DNA of 64,000 bases from a virus (Duplodnaviria > Heunggongvirae > Uroviricota > Caudoviricetes): IMG/VR virus record IMGVR_UViG_3300035210_000151; one strand, 5' to 3'. Positions within the stretch are counted from its first letter, which is position 1. Every line of letters starts with the position of its first letter. This document shows, in pieces, positions 40,212 through 50,723 of the stretch. The notes below the pieces were generated by a model. It was not told the origin of the DNA, searched no databases, and was given only the letters and a program-made list of their open reading frames with translations. The position numbers were made by a program, and so were the translations under genes.

Positions 40212-41957
40212 TTAAGATTGTTCTTCAATATTTTTAACCGCTAGATTTTTATTAATTAATTTGATAAATCTGTTAACATTTTCTTGGTTAATATGTGTAT
40301 CATCTTTTTGGTGAGCGGTCACGTATTCACCTTTTTTATTTAAAGAAATACCAATCATTGACGACATGGAATTTGATTTTTTGCTAAAATCATAAATGAA
40401 ATATTGTTTACCTTCATTTTCTGTATATTTATTAAATAGTGAATTACTGTAACAAATACACCATGAGGATGAACCCAACATAACACTCTGTAGGTAGTTT
40501 TCAATTTCACAAATCAATAGATTATTTTGTGTCATATAATTATTAATATTATTTCGTTTAAATTTATCAATCATAGCATCAATGGTAAATCCATCAAAAA
40601 TATCAATTTGTTTTTGCAATGCTTTATTTAAATCAGATGAAGTTTTAAACAACGCAATTTTTTTACCGATTAAACTTTGTAATTGATTTTCCGTTACCTT
40701 CATGTCCATTAATGTCTTGAACAGTTTTAAGCTCGTTTCATCATATAAATGTTTATACTTATTACTGATGATACTGTTTGTATATTTATTTAATTTATGA
40801 TTATTAACGATTTTTAGCATGTTATCAAAAATCTTTTCAAGATCCTCTATTGTTTGTTCAATTAAGTTGAATCCTTCCAATTTAAGAATGTCTTTGTTTT
40901 CCAAATAATAATTACAGAAATCAATAACAAATAAACAATTATTGTTTTTAGTCATTGATTTTAATTTCTTTAACACATAAGGATGTTTATGTAATTTATC
41001 ATGTAGGAGGTCATTACAATATTCATTGATGTAAACGAATAGTTCTGTGTTATCTGGTATTGATGTAAAACTCTCGCCATGTTCAAGTAATACACTGTTA
41101 TCATTAAAAAAATGCAGTATGCGATTATTTTTTAAATTGATATTAAACGACCAATGCTTATTTTTAATAATATGCTCATGTTTATCAATATTATTGTAGC
41201 GTAGTGGAATCGCCAAGTGAGATTGATTCATAGCTGACCATACATGTCTTATAGTCTTTTCATAAAGATGAGAAAACTCGACACGAATCAATTCACAAGT
41301 TTCAATAATTTTATTTTTACTCATAAATTCTTGAATATTCCGAAAGCCTACTTTATTGATCAGATAACTTTTATTTTTAATTAATTTAAGTAATTCTTTT
41401 ACATGGCTATCAATATTAACATCAGGAGATTTTCGTGCAAACGCACTAATATCTTGTGAATACTTTAAAATAATATCTAGTTCTTCACGGACAATATCTA
41501 GATTATTAAGTTTTTCTAGTCTTTTTAAGTAGCGTTTGATATTTTGAATATGTTTTTTAAAATATTTGGACGCATCGAACTCATCACTAAAAATCTGCCA
41601 TTTTTCTAACGCTAGACGTATATTATTGTCCACTATTTCTGGATTATAATGTCTATCTAGTTGTATGAAAGTTTGATAAATTATAGAATCAAGTGAGTTA
41701 ACTTGTCCTATGTCATAATATTTTAAAAATGTTTTTCCATCCTTAATATTATGAAATGTCTCATTAAATCTCAAAAAAATAAGATCGTATTTTCTGTTGA
41801 AATCATGGCTGTAGATGTTTCCAGTAGTAGATAGACCTACACGGAATAAAAATTTATCAAAATTTTCATAACCAATGAATGAACTATTATTGATAGGGAT
41901 TTCAGCCGTATAAGTTTCATAGGCTGCCATTTTATCTAAAATATCCTGCTCGGTCAT
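40212..41957 (-). CDS. Large hypothetical protein with conserved LGSSSWCI C-terminal domain (tentatively PcfJ-like)
   Basis: SNKY.HLY, IGKKIA, LGSSSWCI, QYFIYDF, SMIG, AHQKDD shared with 58936..60834 and 60964..62907; GAGGA RBS. Confidence 0.8.
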   Translation of the reverse strand: MTEQDILDKMAAYETYTAEIPINNSSFIGYENFDKFLFRVGLSTTGNIYSHDFNRKYDLIFLRFNETFHNIKDGKTFLKYYDIGQVNSLDSIIYQTFIQLDRHYNPEIVDNNIRLALEKWQIFSDEFDASKYFKKHIQNIKRYLKRLEKLNNLDIVREELDIILKYSQDISAFARKSPDVNIDSHVKELLKLIKNKSYLINKVGFRNIQEFMSKNKIIETCELIRVEFSHLYEKTIRHVWSAMNQSHLAIPLRYNNIDKHEHIIKNKHWSFNINLKNNRILHFFNDNSVLLEHGESFTSIPDNTELFVYINEYCNDLLHDKLHKHPYVLKKLKSMTKNNNCLFVIDFCNYYLENKDILKLEGFNLIEQTIEDLEKIFDNMLKIVNNHKLNKYTNSIISNKYKHLYDETSLKLFKTLMDMKVTENQLQSLIGKKIALFKTSSDLNKALQKQIDIFDGFTIDAMIDKFKRNNINNYMTQNNLLICEIENYLQSVMLGSSSWCICYSNSLFNKYTENEGKQYFIYDFSKKSNSMSSMIGISLNKKGEYVTAHQKDDTHINQENVNRFIKLINKNLAVKNIEEQS

Positions 41958-42131
41958 GAAAAAATCCTCTATTAATAGCATTTGATTATAGCATAACGTC
42001 TATTTTTTCGCAACAAAAAGCAATCCCGATATCTTCTTTATACCTATATTTATGTTTATTTATACAATCAATTTTGTTTGTTTAATTCTTAAAAAATGCT
42101 ACACTACTATTAATAATAATAAGTAAAACTA

Positions 42132-43076
42132 ATGATAGAACAAAAATTATTCAAATGGATTGGCGGTAAAAAGTGGTTATCAGACAACTTGAACTCTGTA
42201 TTTGGCGAAGCTCTTGCTAACAAACAAATAGATACCTATATAGAACCTTTTGCGGGTGGTCTAGGTTCATTCCTCTATACACTTGATACACTTAAACAAG
42301 GTGGCATTCAAAAAGCTATTCTGAATGATGTTAATTCGAATATCATTAATCTCTATTCCAAAATACAAAAAGAAGATAATTTGAAACCTTTCTTTAACTT
42401 GTATTGGAAGTTAGAAAAGGATTATCAATCCCAAGTCACTAAGGGAGCCAGAGATCTTCACTACATAAAAGACAAAGATGCCTTGAAAACGGAACTACTT
42501 CCAGCTAAGGTGTTTTTTGAAGGTGTTCGTAGAGATTACAATACCTTGAAAGGTTCCGATGGTTTACAACGTACTGTTATGTTTCTATTTCTTATGAAGC
42601 ATTCTTTTAATGGTCTTTACAGGGAGAATAGCAAAGGTGACTGTAATTCACCATTCAACTGGAAACAAGGCGTATTTGATAAAGATAAGACGTTCAGCAC
42701 CTTCCAAACCTATAACAAGGTGTTCAATTCATTCAACATCTCTTTTGAGAATAAAGATGTGTTCCAACTCATTGAAGAACATAAGGCTAATAAAGCCAGT
42801 TCACTCTTCTATTTTGATCCACCTTACCTTAACGAAGGTACAACGGGTGAGAACAAGTATGATAAAGACCACTTCACCCGTGACCATCAAGTGAGATTAT
42901 TAGAAGTTTACAAGAATTTGGACAATGTGGTTTTCAGTAACCATTATTTGGAGTTATTTAAAGACTTCTGTAAAGATGAAGGTTTTGAGTATCAAGAGAT
43001 TCTTCGAAACAACGTGATGAACCCAAAATCTACTGAAAACACTAAAATATCAGAAATTCTCGCAGCAAAATTCTAA
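42132..43076 (+). CDS. dam: Dam-family (D12 class) N6-adenine DNA methyltransferase, orphan
   Basis: KWIGGK, YIEPFAGG, LNDVN, FNGLYREN.KG, YFDPPY, SN. Target sequence not determinable by eye. Confidence 0.88.
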   Translation: MIEQKLFKWIGGKKWLSDNLNSVFGEALANKQIDTYIEPFAGGLGSFLYTLDTLKQGGIQKAILNDVNSNIINLYSKIQKEDNLKPFFNLYWKLEKDYQSQVTKGARDLHYIKDKDALKTELLPAKVFFEGVRRDYNTLKGSDGLQRTVMFLFLMKHSFNGLYRENSKGDCNSPFNWKQGVFDKDKTFSTFQTYNKVFNSFNISFENKDVFQLIEEHKANKASSLFYFDPPYLNEGTTGENKYDKDHFTRDHQVRLLEVYKNLDNVVFSNHYLELFKDFCKDEGFEYQEILRNNVMNPKSTENTKISEILAAKF

Positions 43077-43136
43077 ACATCTTGTCATCTTCTTAATATT
43101 TTGCTATAATCGGCATTATATTTTGAGGATGATATT

Positions 43137-43841
43137 ATGATTTCAGTTGAGGGCTGGGTAGAGCGTAAAGATAAACGCATTGAATTTTTCAATAACAATC
43201 GTAAAGTCATTTCAGCTATGGTTCAAAAAGCTCATCGTGTAAATTTAATGCCAGAAGCTATCACCCTTGCCAGCAATCATGACATTTTTGGGGGCAGTTT
43301 CTTTTCTGATGCCGTTTTCAATAGTTGTGCCTATATTGCTAAAGTCAGTAAAGATGAATTAGCTTTTTACAGAACGATTTACAAACATTCCCAACACAGC
43401 AATAATAAATGTTCGTCTCCACTAAAAATTGAAACAACTCTGAAAAACGAGTATTTTCGTCAATATTGTGACCGTGTGCTGGCGGTATTTTCAACGTTTT
43501 ATGAAGAAGTGAATATCGTTTGGATTACTTCAGGTGAAATTGAAGGTGATGTCACTAGTTTTTTTAGCAAATTTGTTACACCAAGCTATAAGATTAATGA
43601 CAACTATCTCAAATTTGTGGGTGAACGACCACGCTATAAAAAATTTGATAATGTTCCTGATTTCCTTAACATTAATGAATTTAATTTCATGAACAACGAT
43701 TCTGATTATTTCATGAATACTTTTTTTGATAGATTTAACACCCGAATTATCCCTGATGAACCTGATCTTAAATTAAATAAGGATATGGATTTACAGACAT
43801 TGAAAGATAGGTTGACGCTTATTTCTATGGTAATGATTTGA
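43137..43841 (+). CDS. Hypothetical protein, family F, C-terminal tag (DRLTLISMVMI)
   Basis: Paralog of 43861..44547 (EL.F.R..Y.HS, FYE.V.IVWI..G.IE, P.Y.I.DN.LK, PRY..F...P.F); GAGGA RBS. Confidence 0.85.
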   Translation: MISVEGWVERKDKRIEFFNNNRKVISAMVQKAHRVNLMPEAITLASNHDIFGGSFFSDAVFNSCAYIAKVSKDELAFYRTIYKHSQHSNNKCSSPLKIETTLKNEYFRQYCDRVLAVFSTFYEEVNIVWITSGEIEGDVTSFFSKFVTPSYKINDNYLKFVGERPRYKKFDNVPDFLNINEFNFMNNDSDYFMNTFFDRFNTRIIPDEPDLKLNKDMDLQTLKDRLTLISMVMI

Positions 43842-43860
43842 ATCATTATTAGGAGGTTAT

Positions 43861-44547
43861 ATGTTTATGCTTGATGGTTATACAGAAGAAGCTGATACTG
43901 ATGAGCGTTTTAGGTTTCTTTATAATGAATCCAATCTTAACTTGATTACTCATTTTATTGAGAACGCACATAACATTCAATTACCCCGTGATGGCATTGT
44001 TATTGATGAAAATGATGATATTTTAGCTATTGATTACTTTGATAACAGAACTTTTAATAATCATGTCACTGTTGCTAATGTTAGTCCACGAGAACTTTCA
44101 TTTTTTAGATCTGTTTATCGACATTCAATATCACAAGAAAAAATCAGTATTGACTATAAACCTAAATACTTTTCAGAATATTATGAAAGAATAATTGCTG
44201 TTTATTCTAACTTTTATGAAGATGTTGAAATTGTGTGGATTAGCAATGGTCAAATTGAAAATAATACTAATAATGATGTAATGCCAACCTATAATATTCA
44301 AGATAACATTTTAAAAATTATTGGTATTAATCCACGCTATAGTGTATTTAAAGATATTCCTTATTTTATTCAAATGAATGAAATCAATTTTAATAATAAA
44401 AGTGGATCGGATAACTTTTTGGATCTTTTCTTTGAACGCATTAATCAACACGTAATACCAAAAAATGTTGATATTGAACTTCATAGATTAACTGACATTG
44501 ATACATTGAACGAGCAGCTTGTTCTTATTTGTATGTGTATTGTTTAA
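43861..44547 (+). CDS. Hypothetical protein, family F, C-terminal tag (EQLVLICMCIV)
   Basis: AGGAGG RBS; paralog of the upstream gene. Confidence 0.85.
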   Translation: MFMLDGYTEEADTDERFRFLYNESNLNLITHFIENAHNIQLPRDGIVIDENDDILAIDYFDNRTFNNHVTVANVSPRELSFFRSVYRHSISQEKISIDYKPKYFSEYYERIIAVYSNFYEDVEIVWISNGQIENNTNNDVMPTYNIQDNILKIIGINPRYSVFKDIPYFIQMNEINFNNKSGSDNFLDLFFERINQHVIPKNVDIELHRLTDIDTLNEQLVLICMCIV

Positions 44548-44629
44548 TATTAAAATATAATTTTCTTTTAATAAATTGACTTATTTTATTGTTGATGTAA
44601 GATGCTCATACAAAAAAATGGAGATTATA

Positions 44630-45268
44630 ATGAAAATTAAATTAGGTAGCATTGCTAAAGTAGTTTATCCACTTATTTTAGGCTGGTCTATTTTCTTTTT
44701 GTGGCGAGTTTCAACTATTGAACAAATAGTTAAACCTATGTATTGGCCTTTTTTGATTGGTATCATTTTAAGTCTTTCTATTCTTATTGGTTTTTTCTTT
44801 TTTGGTGGATTATTTGCTGTTGATTCTCGGAAAGACAAACTAAAATACCTTTCATTACTTGCCATTTCTTTTGGAGCATCAAGCATAGCTCTTATTCAGT
44901 ATACAGATAATTCAATATATGAAGGCAGGTATGCTAATTTGGAAGATTCGATTCACTATTTTAATAAAAACAAAAATTATCTAACCAGTAAGCCATATGC
45001 TGAATTTTTGCAGGCAAAAGAATCATTAGACGTTACTAAATTAAAAGAATACACAAAAAGTATTGATAACCTTATCAGCATCGACAAAAACCTTTCAATG
45101 ACACTGGTGCTAGTCAAAGAAACTGTAACTAGTTTCAATATTAACTATAAATTTAATGAAATCAATTCAGATAACTTTGTTTCAAAAACTGAATACAATG
45201 CATTTAGAGATTATATTTTAGAACACTCAAAAGGAAATGAACGAGTCGCTTTGGTAATGGCTCATTAA
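44630..45268 (+). CDS. Three-TM membrane protein
   Basis: GGAGA RBS; three hydrophobic segments followed by a soluble domain. Confidence 0.8.
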   Translation: MKIKLGSIAKVVYPLILGWSIFFLWRVSTIEQIVKPMYWPFLIGIILSLSILIGFFFFGGLFAVDSRKDKLKYLSLLAISFGASSIALIQYTDNSIYEGRYANLEDSIHYFNKNKNYLTSKPYAEFLQAKESLDVTKLKEYTKSIDNLISIDKNLSMTLVLVKETVTSFNINYKFNEINSDNFVSKTEYNAFRDYILEHSKGNERVALVMAH

Positions 45269-45318
45269 AATCTTTCGATATTAAATAGAAGACTGTCTGA
45301 CAGTCTTTTTTATTTTCA

Positions 45319-45828
45319 GTGTCCTTGTTTAATTCAATAAATAGAGTATTATTTATAGATGTAATCATCGGAGCTTTAATGTTTTTAATATTTGTTATTG
45401 CCATATTGATATGGTTGTCAACAATATGTGTTATCAATTTAAATCGTAACGTTGTCGCTATTAATGATAGACATTCTCACAAAGTATTGTTTAAACAAGA
45501 TAAGTTTTTTTTCAAATTGCCTTATCCTTTACAAATTGTTGAACAACGGATATCGCTGGATGTGATATCTATCAATAGGTATCTTCAAATAGGGGGTGTA
45601 GATTTTGATTTTAACTGTCAATATCAAATCGTAGATGCACAAGTAGCCTACTTTAAACTTGCCGATTTTGAAGAGTATTTTCTTGAATTGTTGACTAACT
45701 TCATTATTCAGTCATTTGAAAAGGAAATAGAGAGTAAAGACGATAAAGAGATATATGTTAGAGATAAATTAACAACGGCATTAGGCCGATATGGATTTAA
45801 TGTCATTCAGTTAACGTTTAAAAAATAA
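45319..45828 (+). CDS. SPFH/Band-7 domain membrane protein (short)
   Basis: TM helix, FFFKLPYP.QIV..RISL, F.CQYQIVD...AYFKL, V...L...L.RYGF.V; lacks the C-terminal coiled coil. Start uncertain. Confidence 0.6.
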   Translation: MSLFNSINRVLFIDVIIGALMFLIFVIAILIWLSTICVINLNRNVVAINDRHSHKVLFKQDKFFFKLPYPLQIVEQRISLDVISINRYLQIGGVDFDFNCQYQIVDAQVAYFKLADFEEYFLELLTNFIIQSFEKEIESKDDKEIYVRDKLTTALGRYGFNVIQLTFKK

Positions 45829-45851
45829 AAAACCAGCACTAGCTGGTTTTT
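45827..45851. terminator. Bidirectional intrinsic terminator
   Basis: AAAAACCAGC-ACTA-GCTGGTTTTT. Confidence 0.8.
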
Positions 45852-46297
45852 TCTTCTGTTTTGTAATGTGTCATGTCTTTCGGCTTAGCTTTTATTTTTT
45901 CTATCATTCCATCACTTTCAAGAATAATGTAATTAATTTTTTTTCTATAGTCTTTAATACTTGCCCTTATTGAAAAAAAGATTAGTGGAGTTAACACTAT
46001 GAATAAAAAATCTAAGGGTACTGATAACATAACCCCAAAATCCGCCGTTTTATTAATAATTGAATAATACAATTCTTTTAACGTAGCGTCTTCTAAAACC
46101 ACATTCAAGTTCATGGCGACGAAACCTAACAAGCCGAGCCAAATACCGAGTATGCACTTTGTATTATTAATTAGCACTTCATATTGCTCAATTAATTGTG
46201 TTCCTTTATAAAGATAGTTTTCGCCGTCATGTGTAGTGGCTTTGAAAACAGTTTCTTTATTTGGTATTTTTTTGTGTACATCTATTTTACTATACAT
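45839..46297 (-). CDS. Two-TM membrane protein
   Basis: 152 aa, GAGG RBS. Confidence 0.75.
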   Translation of the reverse strand: MYSKIDVHKKIPNKETVFKATTHDGENYLYKGTQLIEQYEVLINNTKCILGIWLGLLGFVAMNLNVVLEDATLKELYYSIINKTADFGVMLSVPLDFLFIVLTPLIFFSIRASIKDYRKKINYIILESDGMIEKIKAKPKDMTHYKTEEKTS

Positions 46298-46307
46298 ATA
46301 TTTTTCC

Positions 46308-47141
46308 TCATGTTATGTTTAACGCCATTAATTCTTTCATTAAATCTTCCAGTGGAGCTAAATAAGTCCCAGAACCATTGAAACAGTTATATTCAACAAT
46401 CTCTATTGAACCGTTATTCAGCAATGCCAAATCCATCGTAAATACCTTATCAGGTTGATATGCTTTTGCAAGTTCAACAGCCATTTTTTGAACTTCTTCA
46501 GGAATATCTACTGAAGCATTTACTTCTTTATTAAGCATATAACGAGAACCTGTGACGACACGATCACTGACTACGAAGAAACGGTACTCAGAATGAATAT
46601 TCTTTACCTCAGCGATTAAGGTTGGTTCACTTTTCCAGTGAGGCATGTAACTACCCTTCATCAAGAAGTCATAGATAGTTGTTCCCACAGGAATAATGCC
46701 ACCAATGTAACCTTTTAAATCACTGGTAGGTTTGATAAATACTTCTCGATCAAATGTTCTATCCAAGTTATCAGCCAAATTAATGACATCACCAGAACCA
46801 TTCAGCAAGGGCAGTCCAAGGTTCTTGTAATACTTTTGGTCAAACTTGTCAGCATCTTCGTAAAAAAAGGCAGTTTGATAAGTGCTAGCATGTTTTTGAT
46901 ACAGTTCTTCACTGCCAAAATGTTCTGGTGTGAGTTCTTTACTCAACTTCAATGCTTTAATCGTAGCGAATGCAATGTAATCATTGTTCACAAAATTATC
47001 AGGCAAGTTGTCAATAAGATTCGTAGTGCTATAAATGGAATAGAAATGATATTCCGCACCTACATGCTTCAAGGCGTTCATATAGTTCATCAGTTGATGG
47101 TTTTGCATGGATAGTTGCATGATAAATTTGTTCATTTTCAA
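46308..47141 (-). CDS. ATP-grasp domain protein (R2K/DUF4343-like)
   Basis: LPLLN, VFIKPTSDLK...G, I.SEYRFFVV..RVVTGSRY, YQPD.VF.MDLA, IVEYNCFNGSG.Y. Confidence 0.82.
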   Translation of the reverse strand: MKMNKFIMQLSMQNHQLMNYMNALKHVGAEYHFYSIYSTTNLIDNLPDNFVNNDYIAFATIKALKLSKELTPEHFGSEELYQKHASTYQTAFFYEDADKFDQKYYKNLGLPLLNGSGDVINLADNLDRTFDREVFIKPTSDLKGYIGGIIPVGTTIYDFLMKGSYMPHWKSEPTLIAEVKNIHSEYRFFVVSDRVVTGSRYMLNKEVNASVDIPEEVQKMAVELAKAYQPDKVFTMDLALLNNGSIEIVEYNCFNGSGTYLAPLEDLMKELMALNIT

Positions 47142-47245
47142 TACTCTTCTATAAGGTCTACTATTATACCTTATTTAGAAGAAAAATACTATACTTGACG
47201 ATTTTAATATTTCGTCTATTATGATTACTTAAAAAGGTGATTACA

Positions 47246-47755
47246 ATGTCAAACCATAATAACAAAGAATCATTTTCAGAAAAATTAAAACGATGGGAAG
47301 AAGAAAGAAAGTCGAGAGTAGAAAGAATCAACTCTCAAGACATTCCAAAATCTAGTCAAAAGGCTAGCATTATTATTCATGTTTTTTCTATTGCTGCCAT
47401 TTTCTTATTAGCTCAAACTAATATGAATAATAACTGGTTAGAATTATTTATGTGCTTTTACTTGACCGTAGCTCTGATCTGGATGGCTCACCATTATCGA
47501 GATAGAACGCATGTGCCGACTCAGAAAGCCACACGAGTGATTCTTTTAGCCACAGTGTTTGGTTTGGCACTTGGTTTTGGTACTTACTACACGCCTGTTG
47601 GGGAGTCGTTAGAAAGAAAACAATTCGATACATTTTTTGAAAATAATAAAGCATTAGTTGGTCAAGAATATTATGATATGTATATTAAAAACAAAGACAA
47701 TATAGACGAACTTAAAATATTAAGAAAACGAATACATGATGATTTAGCCATATAA
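47246..47755 (+). CDS. Three-TM membrane protein
   Basis: AAGGTG RBS; hydrophobic segments. Confidence 0.8.
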   Translation: MSNHNNKESFSEKLKRWEEERKSRVERINSQDIPKSSQKASIIIHVFSIAAIFLLAQTNMNNNWLELFMCFYLTVALIWMAHHYRDRTHVPTQKATRVILLATVFGLALGFGTYYTPVGESLERKQFDTFFENNKALVGQEYYDMYIKNKDNIDELKILRKRIHDDLAI

Positions 47756-47756
47756 C

Positions 47757-47783
47757 AAAAAAAGCCTATTGGATAGGCTTTTT
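47757..47783. terminator. Bidirectional intrinsic terminator
   Basis: AAAAAAAGCCTAT-TGG-ATAGGCTTTTT. Confidence 0.8.
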
Positions 47784-47800
47784 GTTTATCTTTATTTTAA

Positions 47801-48175
47801 TTAGAATTCAATTGCTGTTAGGTTTTCATAAGATTTTTCTAACATTGTTAAGGTAATAACCTTAGAACTATCAGAAGGATCTTTATAAATAATGGCTAGA
47901 TCTGAATGACCACCACCATCATAATAAAAACCCTCTCCGTTTTCAACCAGTGGATAATCAAACAAATAAGCAGTCACCAGTTTAATTTGATCATCTCGCA
48001 AGATGCGATCACTTACCACTTTTTTAACCATATTACTGGCTTTGTAGTTCAGTTGTTTTCCATCAATAAGCATTTCACTTGAGTGCTTAACAAATTCAAC
48101 GTTATCTAATGTGCTCAATAGCTTGCCTGACTTGCTGAAGATGAACAGCGAACCAAAATCATTTTTAATACTCAT
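47801..48175 (-). CDS. Hypothetical protein
   Basis: GGAGA RBS before ATG 48175. Confidence 0.75.
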   Translation of the reverse strand: MSIKNDFGSLFIFSKSGKLLSTLDNVEFVKHSSEMLIDGKQLNYKASNMVKKVVSDRILRDDQIKLVTAYLFDYPLVENGEGFYYDGGGHSDLAIIYKDPSDSSKVITLTMLEKSYENLTAIEF

Positions 48176-48309
48176 TATTATATCTCCATAGCATAATTGA
48201 CATCGAGTATACACAAAAATGTCTTTGTAGTCAAAGGATATCAAAGCATAAACACATTGACACGGTTTTGTTTTCTTGATAATCTAGTGAGCGGTATTAA
48301 GGAGAGACG

Positions 48310-48528
48310 ATGAAGAAAATAAAGATTTACGACGACTGTGGTCGAAATTCAGATTACACCTGTACAGCTATCTATGAAGATGACTTCATCATCTTGGCTC
48401 TTATTGACGAAGTGGAGGCGGATGGCTATTTAACCGAAGCTGAACGTAGGGTTGTTATTAACAAAGAAAATAGACAAGTTCTTTTCTACAATAACCAATT
48501 CTATTATATGGAAAAAGAAAGCACATAA
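48310..48528 (+). CDS. Small acidic hypothetical protein
   Basis: TAAGGAGA RBS; TTGACA...TGATAAT promoter. Confidence 0.75.
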   Translation: MKKIKIYDDCGRNSDYTCTAIYEDDFIILALIDEVEADGYLTEAERRVVINKENRQVLFYNNQFYYMEKEST

Positions 48529-48547
48529 ATTAACCAGAGGATACATC

Positions 48548-49240
48548 ATGATTAAACAAATTATAGCAATGGCCGCAATAACACTTTTAGCTGGATGTTC
48601 CTTTTATCCTGTATCAAAAGAAACTAAAACATCCGTCACTGATATTGTGCCTATTTATGGGGAATATAAGCCTGTTACTTATTCACAAACGATTATCGAA
48701 GAACTTGTTGATGCCGATAAGAACGTTAACCATGTACCAGTTAATGTTATGAGTGGAGCAACGTACTGGAAGGAGGGTTATTATGTTGTTCCTAATATTT
48801 TCGTTGATGAAAAAAAATCGTGTGTTGATTGTCTCGTTACCTTTGTGAAAGCTGAAAATATTGATCGGAAACAAGGCATTACTGATAGCAAAATTGAATG
48901 GCGAGAACGACAAGATGGGGAATATACGTTCAGTGGCTGGATTGGTAGAAATGGTGTGACATATTATTCTTATATTATTGATATGGCTCAACCTGTAACG
49001 GGTGCTAAATTTGTTCAAAACCGCAATACTGTCATTGATCCTATGACTAGAACAATTCATGTGGGCAGTGTAACACCTGCTGGTATTATGGCTGGTGCTC
49101 CTTTGTTTTCAGTCGATCAGAAGATTATTGGCATGACAATGACGTTCGACAACCTTACGATTGACTCAAAAAATACAGTATATATTTCAAAATCGGAAAT
49201 TGAAAAAGATTGGGCTATATTCCAAAAAAGCATTAAATAA
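48548..49240 (+). CDS. Lipoprotein with degenerate trypsin-like serine protease fold
   Basis: Lipobox LLAG-C; GIMAGAPLFSVDQKIIGM aligns to G.SG.P....G..IG with Ala at the catalytic Ser position. Confidence 0.6.
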   Translation: MIKQIIAMAAITLLAGCSFYPVSKETKTSVTDIVPIYGEYKPVTYSQTIIEELVDADKNVNHVPVNVMSGATYWKEGYYVVPNIFVDEKKSCVDCLVTFVKAENIDRKQGITDSKIEWRERQDGEYTFSGWIGRNGVTYYSYIIDMAQPVTGAKFVQNRNTVIDPMTRTIHVGSVTPAGIMAGAPLFSVDQKIIGMTMTFDNLTIDSKNTVYISKSEIEKDWAIFQKSIK

Positions 49241-49340
49241 AAAATAAAGCTATCACAATAACGCTGTTTATCTTGTATAAATGGCGTTTTTTGTGTATAA
49301 TAGGTTCTATTATTTAATTAATTTACATTGGAGTATCTAC

Positions 49341-50042
49341 ATGACTGACTATCGTAACGCTGAAACGCTTGAAGAGTTAACGATTTTGAAAGAAAATTTC
49401 AAACTAGCCACGGTAGAAGAACGTGATATGTTTACCCGTTATCTTGATCAAACTCTACCTGCAGAAGAATTTATTAGTAATGGTGGTTTTGAACTCTTTG
49501 TAAGGCTTGGCTACTTTATTCCTAATGTTCCTAGTATTAATGCTATCATTGGTTCTTATGAAGATTTTGGCATTAAAGCTGAGCCGTTGAAAGGAACAAG
49601 CTGGCATACGCCTACAATGGTTGCTATTAACCATGATGGTGTTCAATATGGCCTTGATGAACGAGGAAAATATTTTCTTGATAATGACAAGAAAACGATT
49701 GAAAATACTATTTATCAATTTCAATTAATCAGTACTCACTATCATCAGCGTGTGAAAGAAGTGTATGATTATTTGAAAACCAAGACTAGTGATGATATTT
49801 GGGCGATGGTGAGTGGTGGGCAAGTATTTTTTGGTCACAAGGATGGTTATATTGCTATCCTTTACTTTGATTCTGGTGATTATGTCAAACTAGGTGTTCA
49901 AGATGATAAAAAGGCATTAAAAATTAGCACGAAAAAATATACGTTGGCGGTACAGTTTTCTAAAAACAACCATTATTTTCATAAACACACTCTTAAAAAT
50001 TTTAAAATTCAAAAAAGTGATTGTGAAAAAAATAAATATTAA
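49341..50042 (+). CDS. Hypothetical protein
   Basis: GGAG RBS before ATG 49341; TATAAT upstream. Confidence 0.8.
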   Translation: MTDYRNAETLEELTILKENFKLATVEERDMFTRYLDQTLPAEEFISNGGFELFVRLGYFIPNVPSINAIIGSYEDFGIKAEPLKGTSWHTPTMVAINHDGVQYGLDERGKYFLDNDKKTIENTIYQFQLISTHYHQRVKEVYDYLKTKTSDDIWAMVSGGQVFFGHKDGYIAILYFDSGDYVKLGVQDDKKALKISTKKYTLAVQFSKNNHYFHKHTLKNFKIQKSDCEKNKY

Positions 50043-50061
50043 TTAAAGAAAGGTTTTTAAT

Positions 50062-50616
50062 ATGAATAAATACGAACCAGAAAAAAAAGAACTTGATATA
50101 TCATCCACAGCGTTATATTGCGGATTAGCAGTAATCTTGGTATTTGCTGTATTAGGCGGATTAATGTTCTTCCATCTTGAAGTCTTTAATTTTATTGGCA
50201 TGGTTATTGTTGGTTTTTGTTCTGGTATTGCTGCTTTTATTGGTTTTGTTTTTCAAGTAACGAAACCACTTAATGAAAGCGTTGGTGCTTATCTTTGCTA
50301 TCTATTGTTAGCTATTTCTATGTGGGCCTACTGTGTTCATCATAAGATATATGATTGGTTCGAGGCTTCAAAGAAAAGATGGCTACTGACACATCGCTTA
50401 TTCTATGTTTTATTCCTTATTTCAACAATTTTTGTTATTTATTTTCACTTCTCAATACGAAGTGATAGTTACACGCCAACTTATCTAATGCTATTCTTTT
50501 TTGCTAGTATTTGTTTTAAGATATATGTTGTTTGTCAACAAAGCGATCATAGACCTAGTTCATTTGAAATAGAACACACAGAATACATGAAAAAAAGAGT
50601 TCGAGGCGAACAATAA
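50062..50616 (+). CDS. Multi-pass (about 5 TM) membrane protein
   Basis: 184 aa hydrophobic ORF, AAGGT RBS. Confidence 0.8.
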   Translation: MNKYEPEKKELDISSTALYCGLAVILVFAVLGGLMFFHLEVFNFIGMVIVGFCSGIAAFIGFVFQVTKPLNESVGAYLCYLLLAISMWAYCVHHKIYDWFEASKKRWLLTHRLFYVLFLISTIFVIYFHFSIRSDSYTPTYLMLFFFASICFKIYVVCQQSDHRPSSFEIEHTEYMKKRVRGEQ

Positions 50617-50628
50617 ATTTAGCCTATT

Positions 50629-50655
50629 AAAAAACTACTTCGGTAGTTTTTTTTT
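50629..50655 (+). terminator. Intrinsic terminator (UUCG loop)
   Basis: AAAAAACTAC-TTCG-GTAGTTTTTTTT. Confidence 0.85.
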
Positions 50656-50723
50656 GTTTCATCCTATTTGACAAGTTATATTCAAAATGTTATTTTGTCC
50701 TTAATTTAATATATAAAAATAAT

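Noticed and set aside
42132-43841. Restriction-modification pair (methylase plus downstream gene)
   Set aside because: The downstream gene has its own promoter, no nuclease motif I can see, and belongs to a tagged paralog family. The methylase is treated as an orphan.
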